A stretch of 64,000 nt of DNA from Octopus bimaculoides (taxonomy: Eukaryota): the NCBI RefSeq assembly GCF_001194135.2, contig NC_068987.1:59839136-59903135 (forward strand), read 5' to 3'. Numbering within the stretch: the stretch's first letter is position 1; each line of letters begins with the position of its first letter. The notes beneath the pieces were generated by a model, which saw nothing but the letters and a program-made list of their open reading frames with translations, made no database searches and was not told where the DNA came from. Shown piece after piece: positions 25,530 through 39,023 of this stretch. The translations under genes were made by a program, and so were the position numbers.

Positions 25530-25684
25530 ATTTCAAATTTAGGCAGAAAGTCAGCAGTTTCAAGGAACGATCTAACCCGGTTACATAGACCCTGGTGTTC
25601 AATTGATACTTATTTTAACGAGTCCGAAAGGATGACAGGCAAAATCCACCGGTGTGCTTACGATTCTACCAACTCACCACCTTC
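25530..25684 (-). mobile_element. SINE family A, internally deleted
   Basis: tacttattttaacgagtccgaaaggatgacaggc core joined to the head end. Confidence 0.6.
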
Positions 25685-26831
25685 CATCATAATATTGAAA
25701 ATTAATTTTAAAGGTGAAGCTGACCCCTATAGATTTTAAACTCACTAACAAGGAATAGATGGTCCTGTGGATTCCATGCCATTCAAAGTAAGTTGCCTAC
25801 ATTTTGTATATGACGTATACAAGAGTGAAATATAGATAAAAAAAGATTTGGTAACTTACAGATAGTAATTTAAAATCTGATGAAGATAACGATGACAGCG
25901 TGCACTAAAATGTTTCAAACAGTATCTCTCTTATCTTTATATTATTCTACCAGTGTTTTACTCTTTCCAGACAGTAGACCGCGACAGTGAAGGTTGAGCA
26001 AAAGCATAACTATTGGATTTGCAAATCATGTATGTATAAATTCTAGATGTAGCCATTTCGAATTTGAAAGAAAGAGATGTCACCGACCAACTACACATTC
26101 CTAAATACATTTCAGATTGTGTCTGAGTAATAATTCTATACATTCATAATTATAAGAATCTTTCATGAGACAATAAGAAAGCAGTAACGCACTGAACTAA
26201 ATATACCTTAGTCTATTTGGTTTTATTTCTTCATCTTAAGTTTGATATCTTGTTAAGGTCGATAAAAACCATTGTTTTATATTGGAAGAATCTAGCATAC
26301 CATGCACGTATTACTTAGTGGTCTTGTGGGAACAGAGGTAATTTATTTTATTAATCACTATGTATACAGTAAATAGATCATTCTATATATATATATGTAT
26401 GTGTGTGTGTTTCTGTGTGTATGTGTGTTTGTGTATACATGTATGTATATATATGTTTATATACACAACACCCACACATAACCTCTTTAGCTTCCATCAT
26501 TCTTTACTCAATGAACAACGATACAATATTTCATATGATAAACATTGGATCATATCATATTTCTGACAGACGATTGTTTCTATACCATTAAAGAAACTTT
26601 ATGTTTGTCATAAAAGTTCATACAATATCCTATAAAGTGCAATATTTACTCATATAAAAGAAACTCATTAATTATAAACAATTCTCATACAGAAAGAAAA
26701 AGAAAATCTTGCTTTGTCTCCTTATTTACCTTTTCTGAAGACCAATTATTATTATAGAATGTAGCAATAAAATTAGTGAAGGAAACAATATTTATTCTGT
26801 AATGTCACATAGTAGATTAAAAAATTCAATG

Positions 26832-26866
<35 letters not shown>

Positions 26867-27125
26867 NNNNNNNNNNNNNNNNNNNNNNNNNNNNNNNNNN
26901 NNNNNNNNNNNNNNNNNNNNNNNNNNNNNNNNNNNNNNNNNNNNNNNNNNNNNNNNNNNNNNNNNNNNNNNNNNNNNNNNNNNNNNNNNNNNNNNNNNNN
27001 NNNNNNNNNNNNNNNNNNNNNNNNNNNNNNNNNNNNNNNNNNNNNNNNNNNNNNNNNNNNNNNNNNNNNNNNNNNNNNNNNNNNNNNNNNNNNNNNNNNN
27101 NNNNNNNNNNNNNNNNNNNNNNNNN

Positions 27126-27156
<31 letters not shown>

Positions 27157-28187
27157 GTATAAATTGTAGGATTATGGATGGGATATAAAAAGTGAACTGT
27201 TAGAAGGAATACATCTTATTGTGGGATATAAATTGAAGGAGTAAATTTTTAGTCTAAGATAAAAACTTATTTCCTCCAATTTATACCTCACCCATAATCC
27301 TTTAAGATGTATTCCTTCCAACAGTTCACTTTTGCATCTTCTTTAAGACGACAATCCAAATTAGCTTTATTAGCCATCCCAATCCTCTCTTCTCTTTATA
27401 TTATCACCACTCCACCATCAGATATTCTCGTTTACAACACTATGACCTACCATTTTGGTGTTGATATAGCCGGATGTGAAGTTCTATTTTCGCAGATAGT
27501 ATGACGGTCTGTCATGATACTTATTAATTTATAACTCCCTAAAGGTCTAATTTTCGATGTTTTGAAAACTACATTCTCCTTACTGTCTTCGATGTGTAGA
27601 TAACGGGGTCACTACTCACGTTCACCCCTCCCCGCCACTCTAGCCAATGCTAATTTCTGGCTTTTCCATCGCTGTATTGTCTTCTTTTCATTCTGCCAAA
27701 ACGTTTAGCTGCTGAATCATTGTAAATATATGCTCCCTATTGATGATATGAATATGTTTAAATATCTAATTTGCCTTTATACTTGAGGTCTATGCGGTCA
27801 TCTAGTGAGAACGATTTTCTTTGTAATGATGTAATGCTTTCATTGATCAATTAAAGGAGGCACTCGAAACGGCCGTAATGAATTGACACTTATACATCTC
27901 TGTTACTAATTTACATTTTTCTGCTCACCTACTCTGGAATCTGCACTTGGCAAGTATTTGGAAAGTATCTTTGTACAAAGTACGTGTCTGAATAAACAAG
28001 AGCGGGTTTATTCACTAAGTTGGATCGTGCCATTGGCACAGACTGCATGAATATTGGGTGGAAAAGATTTACCTAATATTATTTGCGTATGCAAATACAT
28101 TCGTCTTAACAACTGCCTCAATTTAAGTGCCTAATTCAACTGAATCTAAATTACATACATATACATGCATATACATTCGTATATACA

Positions 28188-28229
<42 letters not shown>

Positions 28230-30122
28230 TATACATCAAAAGCGCATCTAAAATACAATGACTTTATGGCGTGAATAAGTTAATATGAATAAATACAATA
28301 TTAACTGCTGGAATGAAATTTATAAAAATCTGTACGAGTGAATATGAGATAAATCTCAAGCCGGTTTACTGACATGTATTTTAAGACTTTCTTTTGTAAA
28401 CATAAAACTAGAAAGCGGGTTTTGTAATATTTGACGCACATGAAGCTCTTATTTGAGAATTTAATCCATCTATTTTCTCTAGGGAAATTTAGATTTTCTA
28501 CAGCCACGTAGTTATTGATTTTCCTTCTCCCGCTCAACCTTTTTGTACAACTTTAGCCAAATGACGACTGAGTGTACGTTGCTGACCGGCTGAGAACCTA
28601 CCAGTCTACAGACGTTCACGGTGTGCTCCTGTCTATTTCACACTTTTTCTGTTTAGATTTAAATCTGATATAATACACTCACATGAGTTTTGTTTTTATG
28701 ACACGCCATGTCTTTGATGGTTGCCAACCGCGATTAAAAGGACCCATCTCTCCTTGAAGAACAGTTGATCTCGTTTGTGGTCATTGGTTGTATTGAGATT
28801 CCATCTCTGTGTTTTGCGAAGGCAATTTAAGTGCTACCCCAGTTCTTTCTCCCTTGCAGATCATATTCATTCTCACGATCATGATAAAATGTAGTAGACA
28901 ATTATCAGTCTGTTGTGAATATAGTAGTAGCGTAACATACAGATTACCATGCATAATTGAACGTAGATTCAATTTGGGTTGTCGTCGTAAGTCAAATGGT
29001 GTTTGTGAGGCATGGACAATAACTATGTAACTTATAAATTGAAGAAGTACAGATAAAGATCATTCTAGAATTACAAGAAACAAATCATTACCAGATGGAC
29101 ATAGTGTTTCTCTAACACCATTGTTGTTGTGAGTGAAATGCTTCTTTGCAATGTTATTAATGGTGTAAGGGTAATACATGCGAGAGGAATCTTATCTGAC
29201 TCAAGAAATATGATTCTAGGGAGTTTACCATCTGCTCTACAACAATTTACCGCCCCTATACAACTAACGGTGAGCCATGTATATAGTTTTAAGTACTGTA
29301 TACATATTGGTGTATTTGGAATAGTGTTAAGTTTTTAACACGCTAAACCAGTTCATTATATATCAATGGTAAATATAGTCTCATTTGAATATTTTCAAAC
29401 TTAGTATACCAATAAATCACAAATATAGTATTTCCCAAAATAAATATGTCATTACCTTTCACAAAATAACTTATATTTCAAAATGAATTAATGTTACATT
29501 AAAATAACTGTTTATTTATATAAATAGAGTGCAATATAAATAGAAGAGGAGGCCGTATAATGCCAGAAATTCAATCGTTATAGAATTTTGATATATGAGT
29601 TTCTGCATAGATTCTTTTTTAGTTTTTAGACTTAATGTACAGTTAAAAACTCGCGAAAAATTTTGTGCGCTAGATATATTAAGAAAATAAGTTATTTTGC
29701 ATTTGTTTGTTGAAACGGTTTTAAGTATATTTTGCCAAACAGCATTTTTATAATGCTTGAGACACGTACACTGATGCATATATTCTTTAATTATTTGTGC
29801 AAAGATAGTTCCATAGCCAATGGAGGTTAACTGAGGCATGGTTACTGCCAGTTGAAGACTAATATTATCTCATTCTGTTTTATTTACTTAATAGGGAAGC
29901 ATTTACAAACTGTTCACTGATTAGTTACACCAATGTAACTCTGAGGTGCATTAATGTTGACAAGCTAGGGCAAGATGTACGACAATGTACGACCCTCGTA
30001 GATTTAATATTGAAAAAGGAGCAAAAGAGGATTTATGAAAAAAAAAATCAATATTATTCTATAGAAATATATTTTTATCTACAAAACCACCAAAACTTTT
30101 GATTTTAAACAATGACAAAATA

Positions 30123-31770
30123 TTCGGGCCATCCCATAAATAATGTGATCTTTTATACAAAATTAAGATAAACAAAGTTCTTTTTTAATCTAAAATATAT
30201 ATAGGCGCAGGAGTGGCTGTGTGGTAAGTAGCTAGCTTACCAACCACATGGTTCCGGGTTCATTCCCATTGCGTGGCACCTTGGGTAAGTGTCTTCTACT
30301 ATAACCTCGGGCCGACCAAAGCCTTGTGAGTGGATTTGGTAGACGGAAACTGAAAGAAGCCTGTCGTATATATGTATATATATATATGTATATGTGTGTA
30401 TGTTTTTGCGTGTCTGTGTTTGTCCCACAAACATCGCTTGACAACCGATGGTGATGTGTTTAGGGCCCCGTAACTTAGCGGTTCGGCAAAAGAGACCGAT
30501 AGAATAAGTACTAGGCATTCAAAGAATAAGTCCTGGGTCGATTTGCTCGACTAAAGGCGGTGCTACAGCATGGCCGCAGTCAAATGACTGAAACAAGTAA
30601 AAGAGTAAAATGAGAGAGTATCTCCTTCATTTTCTACAACGCTCTGGCAGACTTGCAAAACCCCTCTTCCAAAATTCACTTGTCCGTGACGAAATATACT
30701 CCTTCAGTACTGTTCTGACCTTGCCATATTTTTTCCGCCCAAATGATTTTGAAGACTTCGGAATAGATGATAATCAGATGGGGCGATGTCTGGCGAATAT
30801 GGTGGGTGGGGCTTCGTTTCCCATTCAAACTATTCCAACCTTTGGAGTGTCATCCTCACTGTACGTGGCCGAGCATTACACTGATGAAAGAACACTTTTC
30901 GTCTTGAAACCAAGGAAACTCGTTTTTCTTCTAGTGCTGTCTTAAGCCTCTCAAGTTGTTTGCAGTAGATTGGGTTTGCAGTAGGTTGGGTTTAAAAGTT
31001 CAAATTGGACTAAACCGTTCATATCCCACGAAACAGATAACACCTTACGTGGGTGAAGACCTTCTTTAGCCTGGGGTGCCGGTATTTCTCATTTCCTTGC
31101 ACACTGTCTTCGGCGTTTGGCATTCTTATAAAAACCCATTTCTCGTCATCAGTCACTATTGGGTAAAAAAAAAGGTTCATTCATGAGACGTGGCAGTAAA
31201 GAAGAGCACACATTCACTATCTGCGCGTGATTAAACTCGGAAAGTTTGTGAGGAACCCATTGACCCAATTTGCTGACTCTCTCGATGGCATGCAGGTATC
31301 GATGAATGGTAGAATGACCAAATCCAAGCTTCTCTGCTAGTTCCTCAACAGAGTTCTAGGTTTTGCAGGACGTCCTCGTCGAGCCCCACAGATCTTCCAG
31401 GACAAGGCTCGTCTTCAAGGCTGTAGTTGCCGGCTCGAAATTTCTGGAATCACCGTTGGCACTAGTTTATGCTTATTGCCCGATGTCCATATACTGCATT
31501 AATATTCCTCGCCCTTTCCGTTGCGGTGTTGCCTTTACTGAACTCACAAAGCAAAATATGCCGAATATGCTCCTTTGTCACTTCCATTATAGCTTTGAAA
31601 ATAGAAAATAACTGTTAAAATCGAACTGTACTCTTCAAAACTTGCACTAAGAACAAGTCTAAAGTAAAATTACTACCTGCTTTTATAGCAAATTGATGCA
31701 GGTAGTTTATTCCGTTCCCCTCTGACATTTAGTTCATACAATTTAGAAAACCGCATTATTTATGACCCAA
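30123..31770 (-). mobile_element. Mariner (DD34D-type) element interrupted by a SINE
   Basis: MEVTKEHIRHILL, GQWVPHKL and HPPYSPDIAPSDYHLFRSL in 30612-31558; TA at 30121-22 and 31771-72 with degenerate TIRs sharing cataaataatg. Confidence 0.88.
30204..30610 (+). mobile_element. SINE family B, full length (tRNA-like head, internal TA/TG tract)
   Basis: ggcgcaggagtggctgtgtggtaag...ggttccgggttca (A/B-box-like); tail aaacaagtaaaagagta. Confidence 0.9.
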
Positions 31771-32463
31771 TAAATATAGGCAAACATATTGATGTATTTT
31801 AACGAGATAAACATTTGGTTTTAAAAGGCGTTGCAGAAGTTTATCCTTATACCAGTAGATCCGTAATTACCATAAATACGATAGAACTGACTCATAGAAT
31901 CACTACCTTACAACACTTCATTTACAACACTTCATTGCTAATGGACCACACATTATTTGAAATAAGTCATGGTCAAATCATGGTCAAAGAGATGTGCTAA
32001 ACGACTTCAGATAATATATTCTTTCTTGGTAAAATAAGCATTCATGGCAAAGTTGTCAACTGTATGCTCATCTTTTCGATATGACTAGTTTTCGTGATTA
32101 TTTAGAGAAAAAGGCCCGAAACTGTGATTACGTAAAGAAGCAGGCCCCAAACAGCTATGTTAATTATAGTGATCGCCAATAACAGTCGAAATAAAGAATT
32201 TTTTCCATTTGATTTTCCCTTACTGATATAATCTGTTCGTAATAACTTCTTATACAAGCATATCGGTGACAAGAAATAGAATTTCAATTCAGAATGTACA
32301 GACAAACCCAGTACAGATATCGGAAGTTTTCCAACCAGATGCTCTAAAAAGTTAACCAATTCCCAGCACTAGACTGATTTTCTATTGACTCTGTAAAAAT
32401 AAAAGTTAACTTGATATGGTCATCACTTAAACACCAGGAGATCCACCAATTTGTTGTCCTATA

Positions 32464-32531
32464 GCCAATTCACCACCTAATTGCCAATTCGCTACCTAAT
32501 TGCCAATGGACCACTTAATTGCCAATTCGTC
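32464..32531. repeat. 19-bp minisatellite, about 3.5 units (gccaattcaccacctaatt)
   Basis: Units start at 32464, 32483, 32502 and 32521. Confidence 0.85.
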
Positions 32532-32734
32532 ATTTTATTACCTATTAGCTACATAATTACTGAGTCAGCATTTTATTGCTAACTCGTCACTTTAGTTCTT
32601 ATTCGCTTGCGTAGAAAATTATGCTGAATAAATAATGCAATAAAGAAACGAGAGCAACGTCGGTTAGGACACACGATGAGCATGGTTCTGATATGGAGCA
32701 CAAACATTACTAAGGGACAATATTTAGCTGAGTG

Positions 32735-32965
32735 GAAAGCGGTGAGTTGTCAGAATAGCACGCCGGGCAAAATGATTAGCGGCATTTCATCCCTCGAGGT
32801 CGACTTTACCTTTCATCCTTTCGGATAAAATAAGTACTAGTTGAGTATTGGAGTCGAAGAAATCGACGTATGCTCTCTAAATAAAATAAACTACGCGTCA
32901 CGTAATGGGATCGATGCATTTGACTTCTTATTCTCATCAAAATTGTGGCCCTTGTGTCAAAAGTA
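32735..32965 (+). mobile_element. SINE family A, degenerate
   Basis: gcggtgagttgtcagaatagcacgccgggc head and gaggtcgactttacctttcatcctttcgg core. Confidence 0.75.
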
Positions 32966-33306
32966 AGCCGAAAAATATTTGGATCTCGATGGTATAAGAA
33001 TAACTTATCTATATTCCAGATGCTCTGTTGTGTTACCTCGGTGTAAAGAAGTGACATTTTCCAAATAAAAAAATTCAAATATCTGGTCTGGCATAGGTGA
33101 TAATTAATTGATTGATTCACTTCACAATAATAGCTAAATCATAACAAAATGAATGTATGCATGTTCGGCAGAACTCTTCCTATTTTATTACAGAAAAGTG
33201 GTGAATGTATATTAGAAATACGCCTTATAAAGTTATATTTCCATCATGTATTGGTTTTTCAGCGTGTGAAATAACATTAATGTAAACTAATTGAAGTAAA
33301 CATAGC

Positions 33307-33427
33307 CCTTAACTATTGTCAAGCCTATCGCATGGGAACATTAGTGTTTCGTCTCCATTAAGCTGTTTTAATCCAAAATGGAGACGAACACCGATGTTCT
33401 ATGTGATATGTTTGATAATTGCTAAGG
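33307..33427. repeat. Fold-back inverted repeat (about 52-nt arms, 17-nt loop), MITE-like
   Basis: 33307-33359 is an imperfect reverse complement of 33377-33427. Confidence 0.8.
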
Positions 33428-34042
33428 TGATCCTTCATATGAAAGTAATGGTAGCGTTAATCCACAAATAAAGATTCTTTTCTATCAATGCAGTGTTAAA
33501 CACTCATNNNNNNNNNNNNNNNNNNNNNNNNNNNNNNNNNNNNNNNNNNNNNNNNNNNNNNNNNNNNNNNNNNNNNNNNNNNNNNNNNNNNNNNNNNNNN
33601 NNNNNNNNNNNNNNNNNNNNNNNNNNNNNNNNNNNNNNNNNNNNNNNNNNNNNNNNNNNNNNNNNNNNNNNNNNNNNNNNNNNNNNNNNNNNNNNNNNNN
33701 NNNNNNNNNNNNNNNNNNNNNNNNNNNNNNNNNNNNNNNNNNNNNNNNNNNNNNNNNNNNNNNNNNNNNNNNNNNNNNNNNNNNNNNNNNNNNNNNNNNN
33801 NNNNNNNNNNNNNNNNNNNNNNNNNNNNNNNNNNNNNNNNNNNNNNNNNNNNNNNNNNNNNNNNNNNNNNNNNNNNNNNNNNNNNNNNNNNNNNNNNNNN
33901 NNNNNNNNNNNNNNNNNNNNNNNNNNNNNNNNNNNNNNNNNNNNNNNNNNNNNNNNNNNNNNNNNNNNNNNNNNNNNNNNNNNNNNNNNNNNNNNNNNNN
34001 NNNNNNNNNNNNNNNNNNNNNNNNNNNNNNNNNNNNNNNNNN

Positions 34043-34122
<80 letters not shown>

Positions 34123-34629
34123 GTATGTATATTCATTCAATTCTTTTGCTACTGAATTATTTTGGTTATTCACATGTGATGAACAATCTGGATTTAGGCA
34201 GTGTATATAAATATGAACATTTATAGATCCATTGGGGATACGTTTGTATTCGTATGGTATGTATAAATGTTTATAACTATTTACGTTGACTTATGTCATA
34301 CTGATGACGGTAAGGGAAATTATATCCCTGGATTAGAAATCAATTGATCTATGGCTAAACTTTAAAAAAAACTTTTTTGTTCATTTCCTTCGCTTTCAAA
34401 CCGTATCTATGTGATCAATAAGGTAGTTTTAGAGTGTCATTTGACATCTTCTTCTAGCATGTGGAACTTCCATGTAGTTTGCCTTTATTACAACACACAC
34501 ACACACACACACANNNNNNNNNNNNNNNNNNNNNNNCACGCACACACACACACACACACACATACATATATATGTGTATGTATGTATGTATGTATGTATG
34601 TACATCTATATGTGTGTGTGTATGTATCT

Positions 34630-34985
34630 TTTATCTTTTGCCTTGTTTCAGTCATTTGACTGCGGCCATGCTGGGGCGCCACCATGAAGGGTTTCAGTCG
34701 AAGAAATCGACTCCAGGACTTATTTTTATTTTAAAGCCTGGTACTTATTTTATTGTCATCTTTTTCAAAGCGCTAAGTTGCGGGGACATAAACTAACCAG
34801 CACCGCTTGTCGAGCGGTGGTAGGGGACAAACACAGACATAAAGACATGTACACATAAATATATACACATATACGTATACGACGGACTTTGGTTAGCCCG
34901 AGGCTATAGTAGAGGACATCTGCCCAAGGTGCAAAGCAGTGGTACTGAACCCGGATCTATGCGATTGAGAAGCAAGCTTCTTACA
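34630..34985 (-). mobile_element. SINE family B, internally deleted
   Basis: Reverse complement of 30204-30610. Confidence 0.85.
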
Positions 34986-36766
34986 TAATATCTCTCTCTC
35001 TCTCGATCTCTGTGTATATATATATATATATATATNNNNNNNNNNNNNNNNNNNNNNNNNNNNNNNNNNNNNNNNNNNNNNNNNNNNNNNNNNNNNNNNN
35101 NNNNNNNNNNNNNNNNNNNNNNNNNNNNNNNNNNNNNNNNNNNNNNNNNNNNNNNNNNNNNNNNNNNNNNNNNNNNNNNNNNNNNNNNNNNNNNNNNNNN
35201 NNNNNNNNNNNNNNNNNNNNNNNNNNNNNNNNNNNNNNNNNNNNNNNNNNNNNNNNNNNNNNNNNNNNNNNNNNNNNNNNNNNNNNNNNNNNNNNNNNNN
35301 NNNNNNNNNNNNNNNNNNNNNNNNNNNNNNNNNNNNNNNNNNNNNNNNNNNNNNNNNNNNNNNNNNNNNNNNNNNNNNNNNNNNNNNNNNNNNNNNNNNN
35401 NNNNNNNNNNNNNNNNNNNNNNNNNNNNNNNNNNNNNNNNNNNNNNNNNNNNNNNNNNNNNNNNNNNNNNNNNNNNNNNNNNNNNNNNNNNNNNNNNNNN
35501 NNNNNNNNNNNNNNNNNNNNNNNNNNNNNNNNNNNNNNNNNNNNNNNNNNNNNNNNNNNNNNNNNNNNNNNNNNNNNNNNNNNNNNNNNNNNNNNNNNNN
35601 NNNNNNNNNNNNNNNNNNNNNNNNNNNNNNNNNNNNNNNNNNNNNNNNNNNNNNNNNNNNNNNNNNNNNNNNNNNNNNNNNNNNNNNNNNNNNNNNNNNN
35701 NNNNNNNNNNNNNNNNNNNNNNNNNNNNNNNNNNNNNNNNNNNNNNNNNNNNNNNNNNNNNNNNNNNNNNNNNNNNNNNNNNNNNNNNNNNNNNNNNNNN
35801 NNNNNNNNNNNNNNNNNNNNNNNNNNNNNNNNNNNNNNNNNNNNNNNNNNNNNNNNNNNNNNNNNNNNNNNNNNNNNNNNNNNNNNNNNNNNNNNNNNNN
35901 NNNNNNNNNNNNNNNNNNNATATAGGCATGTAATTGTGAGAACGGTCTTTGCCAAATCCCACGGAACTGTATTTTTTCTGCTGAGGTTTGTGCGAATATT
36001 CTGTGAAAATATATTATTTCATTTCTGAATAACAACATACTTGTTTTTCTTCCTAATATTTAAATGAACCGACGTTACGAATATTCGATACTTCCAAACA
36101 TAAAGAATAAAAATTGCTGTCTTCATTTTGATAAAAGGTTACAATTTAATTTTCAAACATATAGATCAGTAGATAGAAGGCGTGTCAGCAAAGAGTTTCA
36201 CTGAAGGGACAACGGTTTCTCAAACATAGAAATAGGCATGGTATATTTGTAACAGAAATGTTCAGCATTTCAAATTGTCAGATATACCTGAAGAATGCTT
36301 TGAGATGGAGAAATAAAATATTCTTCGATTCTTTTAAAGACGCTGACGAAATCTCTCGTCAATCTATTTTTATCTCTATATATCTAAAAGTGGTAACATT
36401 CTTTTGGTCAAGTGGAAAATTGACTATCTCTCATGATATATGCCGGTAAAGTGCGTGATATATATATATATANNNNNNNNNNNNNNNNNNNNNNNNNNNN
36501 NNNNNNNNNNNNNNNNNNNNNNNNNNNNNNNNNNNNNNNNNNNNNNNNNNNNNNNNNNNNNNNNNNNNNNNNNNNNNNNNNNNNNNNNNNNNNNNNNNNN
36601 NNNNNNNNNNNNNNNNNNNNNNNNNNNNNNNNNNNNNNNNNNNNNNNNNNNNNNNNNNNNNNNNNNNNNTGGGCAAAATTTTTTCCTCTAGTGAAAGCCG
36701 GTAAATAATGGTAAAACGCAAAATTGACCGCGCTTATCCGCGTGGGTGCTCTCAGATAAGATGGAA

Positions 36767-36990
36767 AGATGATGATGATGATGATGAGGATGATGATGAT
36801 GATGAGGATGATAATGATGATGATGATGATGAGGAGGAAGAGAAGGAGAATGATGATGATGATGATGATGATGATAGTGATGATGATAGTGGGAGTGATA
36901 GAGGTGATGGGGATAAAGCAGATGGGCAACAAAGAATGTTTTAAAATGGGAGGTTGTTAAGGTAGTGATGATGATATGATGATGATGAAG
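36767..36990. repeat. (GAT)n compound microsatellite
   Basis: Source of the poly-Asp, poly-His, poly-Met and poly-Ile ORFs. Confidence 0.9.
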
Positions 36991-38245
36991 GGGACGAAGG
37001 TGGTGCTGCAGGAGGTGGGAAAATATTTCCGCTGCTACTAGCATATTGACACCAAGTTCATCCATCTTCGTGCTATTAAATCACACTCATCAATCACTCT
37101 ATGCACCATCTCTATCATATTTCACAGCATCTTTACAATCATCATCACTAGATACTAGGGTGGCAATCAACATCTTATGCAAATTCATTGCTACAATCAA
37201 CATCGCCTTCAGCGACTTCAAATCGTTCACCATTGCCACAACAGCAATTGCAATATTTGAACAACAAAACTAAATTAAAAAACGTCATGTAAAAAGATAT
37301 GGCATATGGTCTTTGCTCAGTTTTATACATACATGTCCATATTATATTTTTCTCTAGTTTCTGTATATATATTTATAACCGTAATCACAACCTGCATCTA
37401 GACCCTGTGCAAAACTTAATATGCATTTTATCATACTCATTGCTATCAATAATTGCATATAAATACAGATGCAGAAAGATAATTATTGTGTGCATAATAT
37501 ACCTATATTTTGTACATATCTATATTAATATGTAGGTATGAATATATATATATACTTATGTATGTAGATATAGATATACATATGTGTATATATGTGCGTG
37601 TGTGTCCGCGTATATATATATATATATATATACATATATATATACATACATACAAATTTATATGTATACGCATATATATGTATGTATATGTAAGCATATN
37701 NNNNNNNNNNNNNNNNNNNNNNNNNNNNNNNNNNNNNNNNNNNNNNNNNNNNNNNNNNNNNNNNNNNNNNNNNNNNNNNNNNNNNNNNNNNNNNNNNNNN
37801 NNNNNNNNNNNNNNNNNNNNNNNNNNNNNNNNNNNNNNNNNNNNNNNNNNNNNNNNNNNNNNNNNNNNNNNNNNNNNNNNNNNNNNNNNNNNNNNNNNNN
37901 NNNNNNNNNNNNNNNNNNNNNNNNNNNNNNNNNNNNNNNNNNNNNNNNNNNNNNNNNNNNNNNNNNNNNNNNNNNNNNNNNNNNNNNNNNNNNNNNNNNN
38001 NNNNNNNNNNNNNNNNNNNNNNNNNNNNNNNNNNNNNNNNNNNNNNNNNNNNNNNNNNNNNNNNNNNNNNNNNNNNNNNNNNNNNNNNNNNNNNNNNNNN
38101 NNNNNNNNNNNNNNNNNNNNNNNNNNNNNNNNNNNNNNNNNNNNNNNNNNNNNNNNNNNNNNNNNNNNNNNNNNNNNNNNNNNNNNNNNNNNNNNNNNNN
38201 NNNNNNNNNNNNNNNNNNNNNNNNNNNNNNNNNNNNNNNNNNNNN

Positions 38246-38280
<35 letters not shown>

Positions 38281-38294
38281 GTATGTGTGTGTGT

Positions 38295-38505
38295 ATGTAT
38301 ATGTTTGTGTGTCTGTGTTTGTCCCCACAACATCGCTTGACAACCGATGCTGGTGTGTTTGCTTCTCCGTAAGTTAACGGTTCGGCAAAGAGACCGATAG
38401 AATAAGTACTAGGCTTACAAAGAATAAGCTCTGGAGTCGATTTGATCGACGAAAGGTGGTGCTCCAGCATGGCCGCAGTCAAATGACTGAAACAAGTAAA
38501 AGAGT
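38295..38505 (+). mobile_element. SINE family B, 3' half (5' half probably in the gap)
   Basis: Close match to 30410-30610. Confidence 0.85.
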
Positions 38506-38969
38506 ATAGATACAGATATATATATATATATATATGTATAAATGTATATATATTTATGTGTGTGTAGGTGTGTGTTTGAACATATATATATGTATATGTA
38601 TGTTTATATATGTTTATATTTACATGCATACATTTCTGTTTCGCATGCAGGTTGGTAACCATCCTGACACATGAAAAACACAAGCGTACGCATTTACACC
38701 CACGCATACACACATACACAGACACACACCACACATACACAAGCATATGGAGACACACATACAAAGTTCACAGCCTCCCACGCAAAGACGCGTAGGCGAC
38801 GCATTTCAGCGATCTATTCCACCATGCAGGCACCCCACGCACATGTATCTATATACATATTTCTTTTCATACGTATTTATATTTATAAATCTATACACTT
38901 ACATATATATGTATAAATACATGTATATTCCTATTCATATAAATACATATAAATACATGTATATTCCTA

Positions 38970-39023
<54 letters not shown>

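Noticed and set aside
27620-27700. Minus-strand exon candidate ending AAC|GTGAGT
   Set aside because: Good donor but uncertain acceptor, and no homology.
36408-37065. Poly-Asp/Glu, poly-His, poly-Met and poly-Ile ORFs
   Set aside because: All are frames of one (GAT)n microsatellite; no exon structure.
37046-37300. S/T/Q-rich open frames after a tttcacag acceptor
   Set aside because: Best explained as decayed (CAT/CAA)n repeat next to the (GAT)n tract; no donor or homology.
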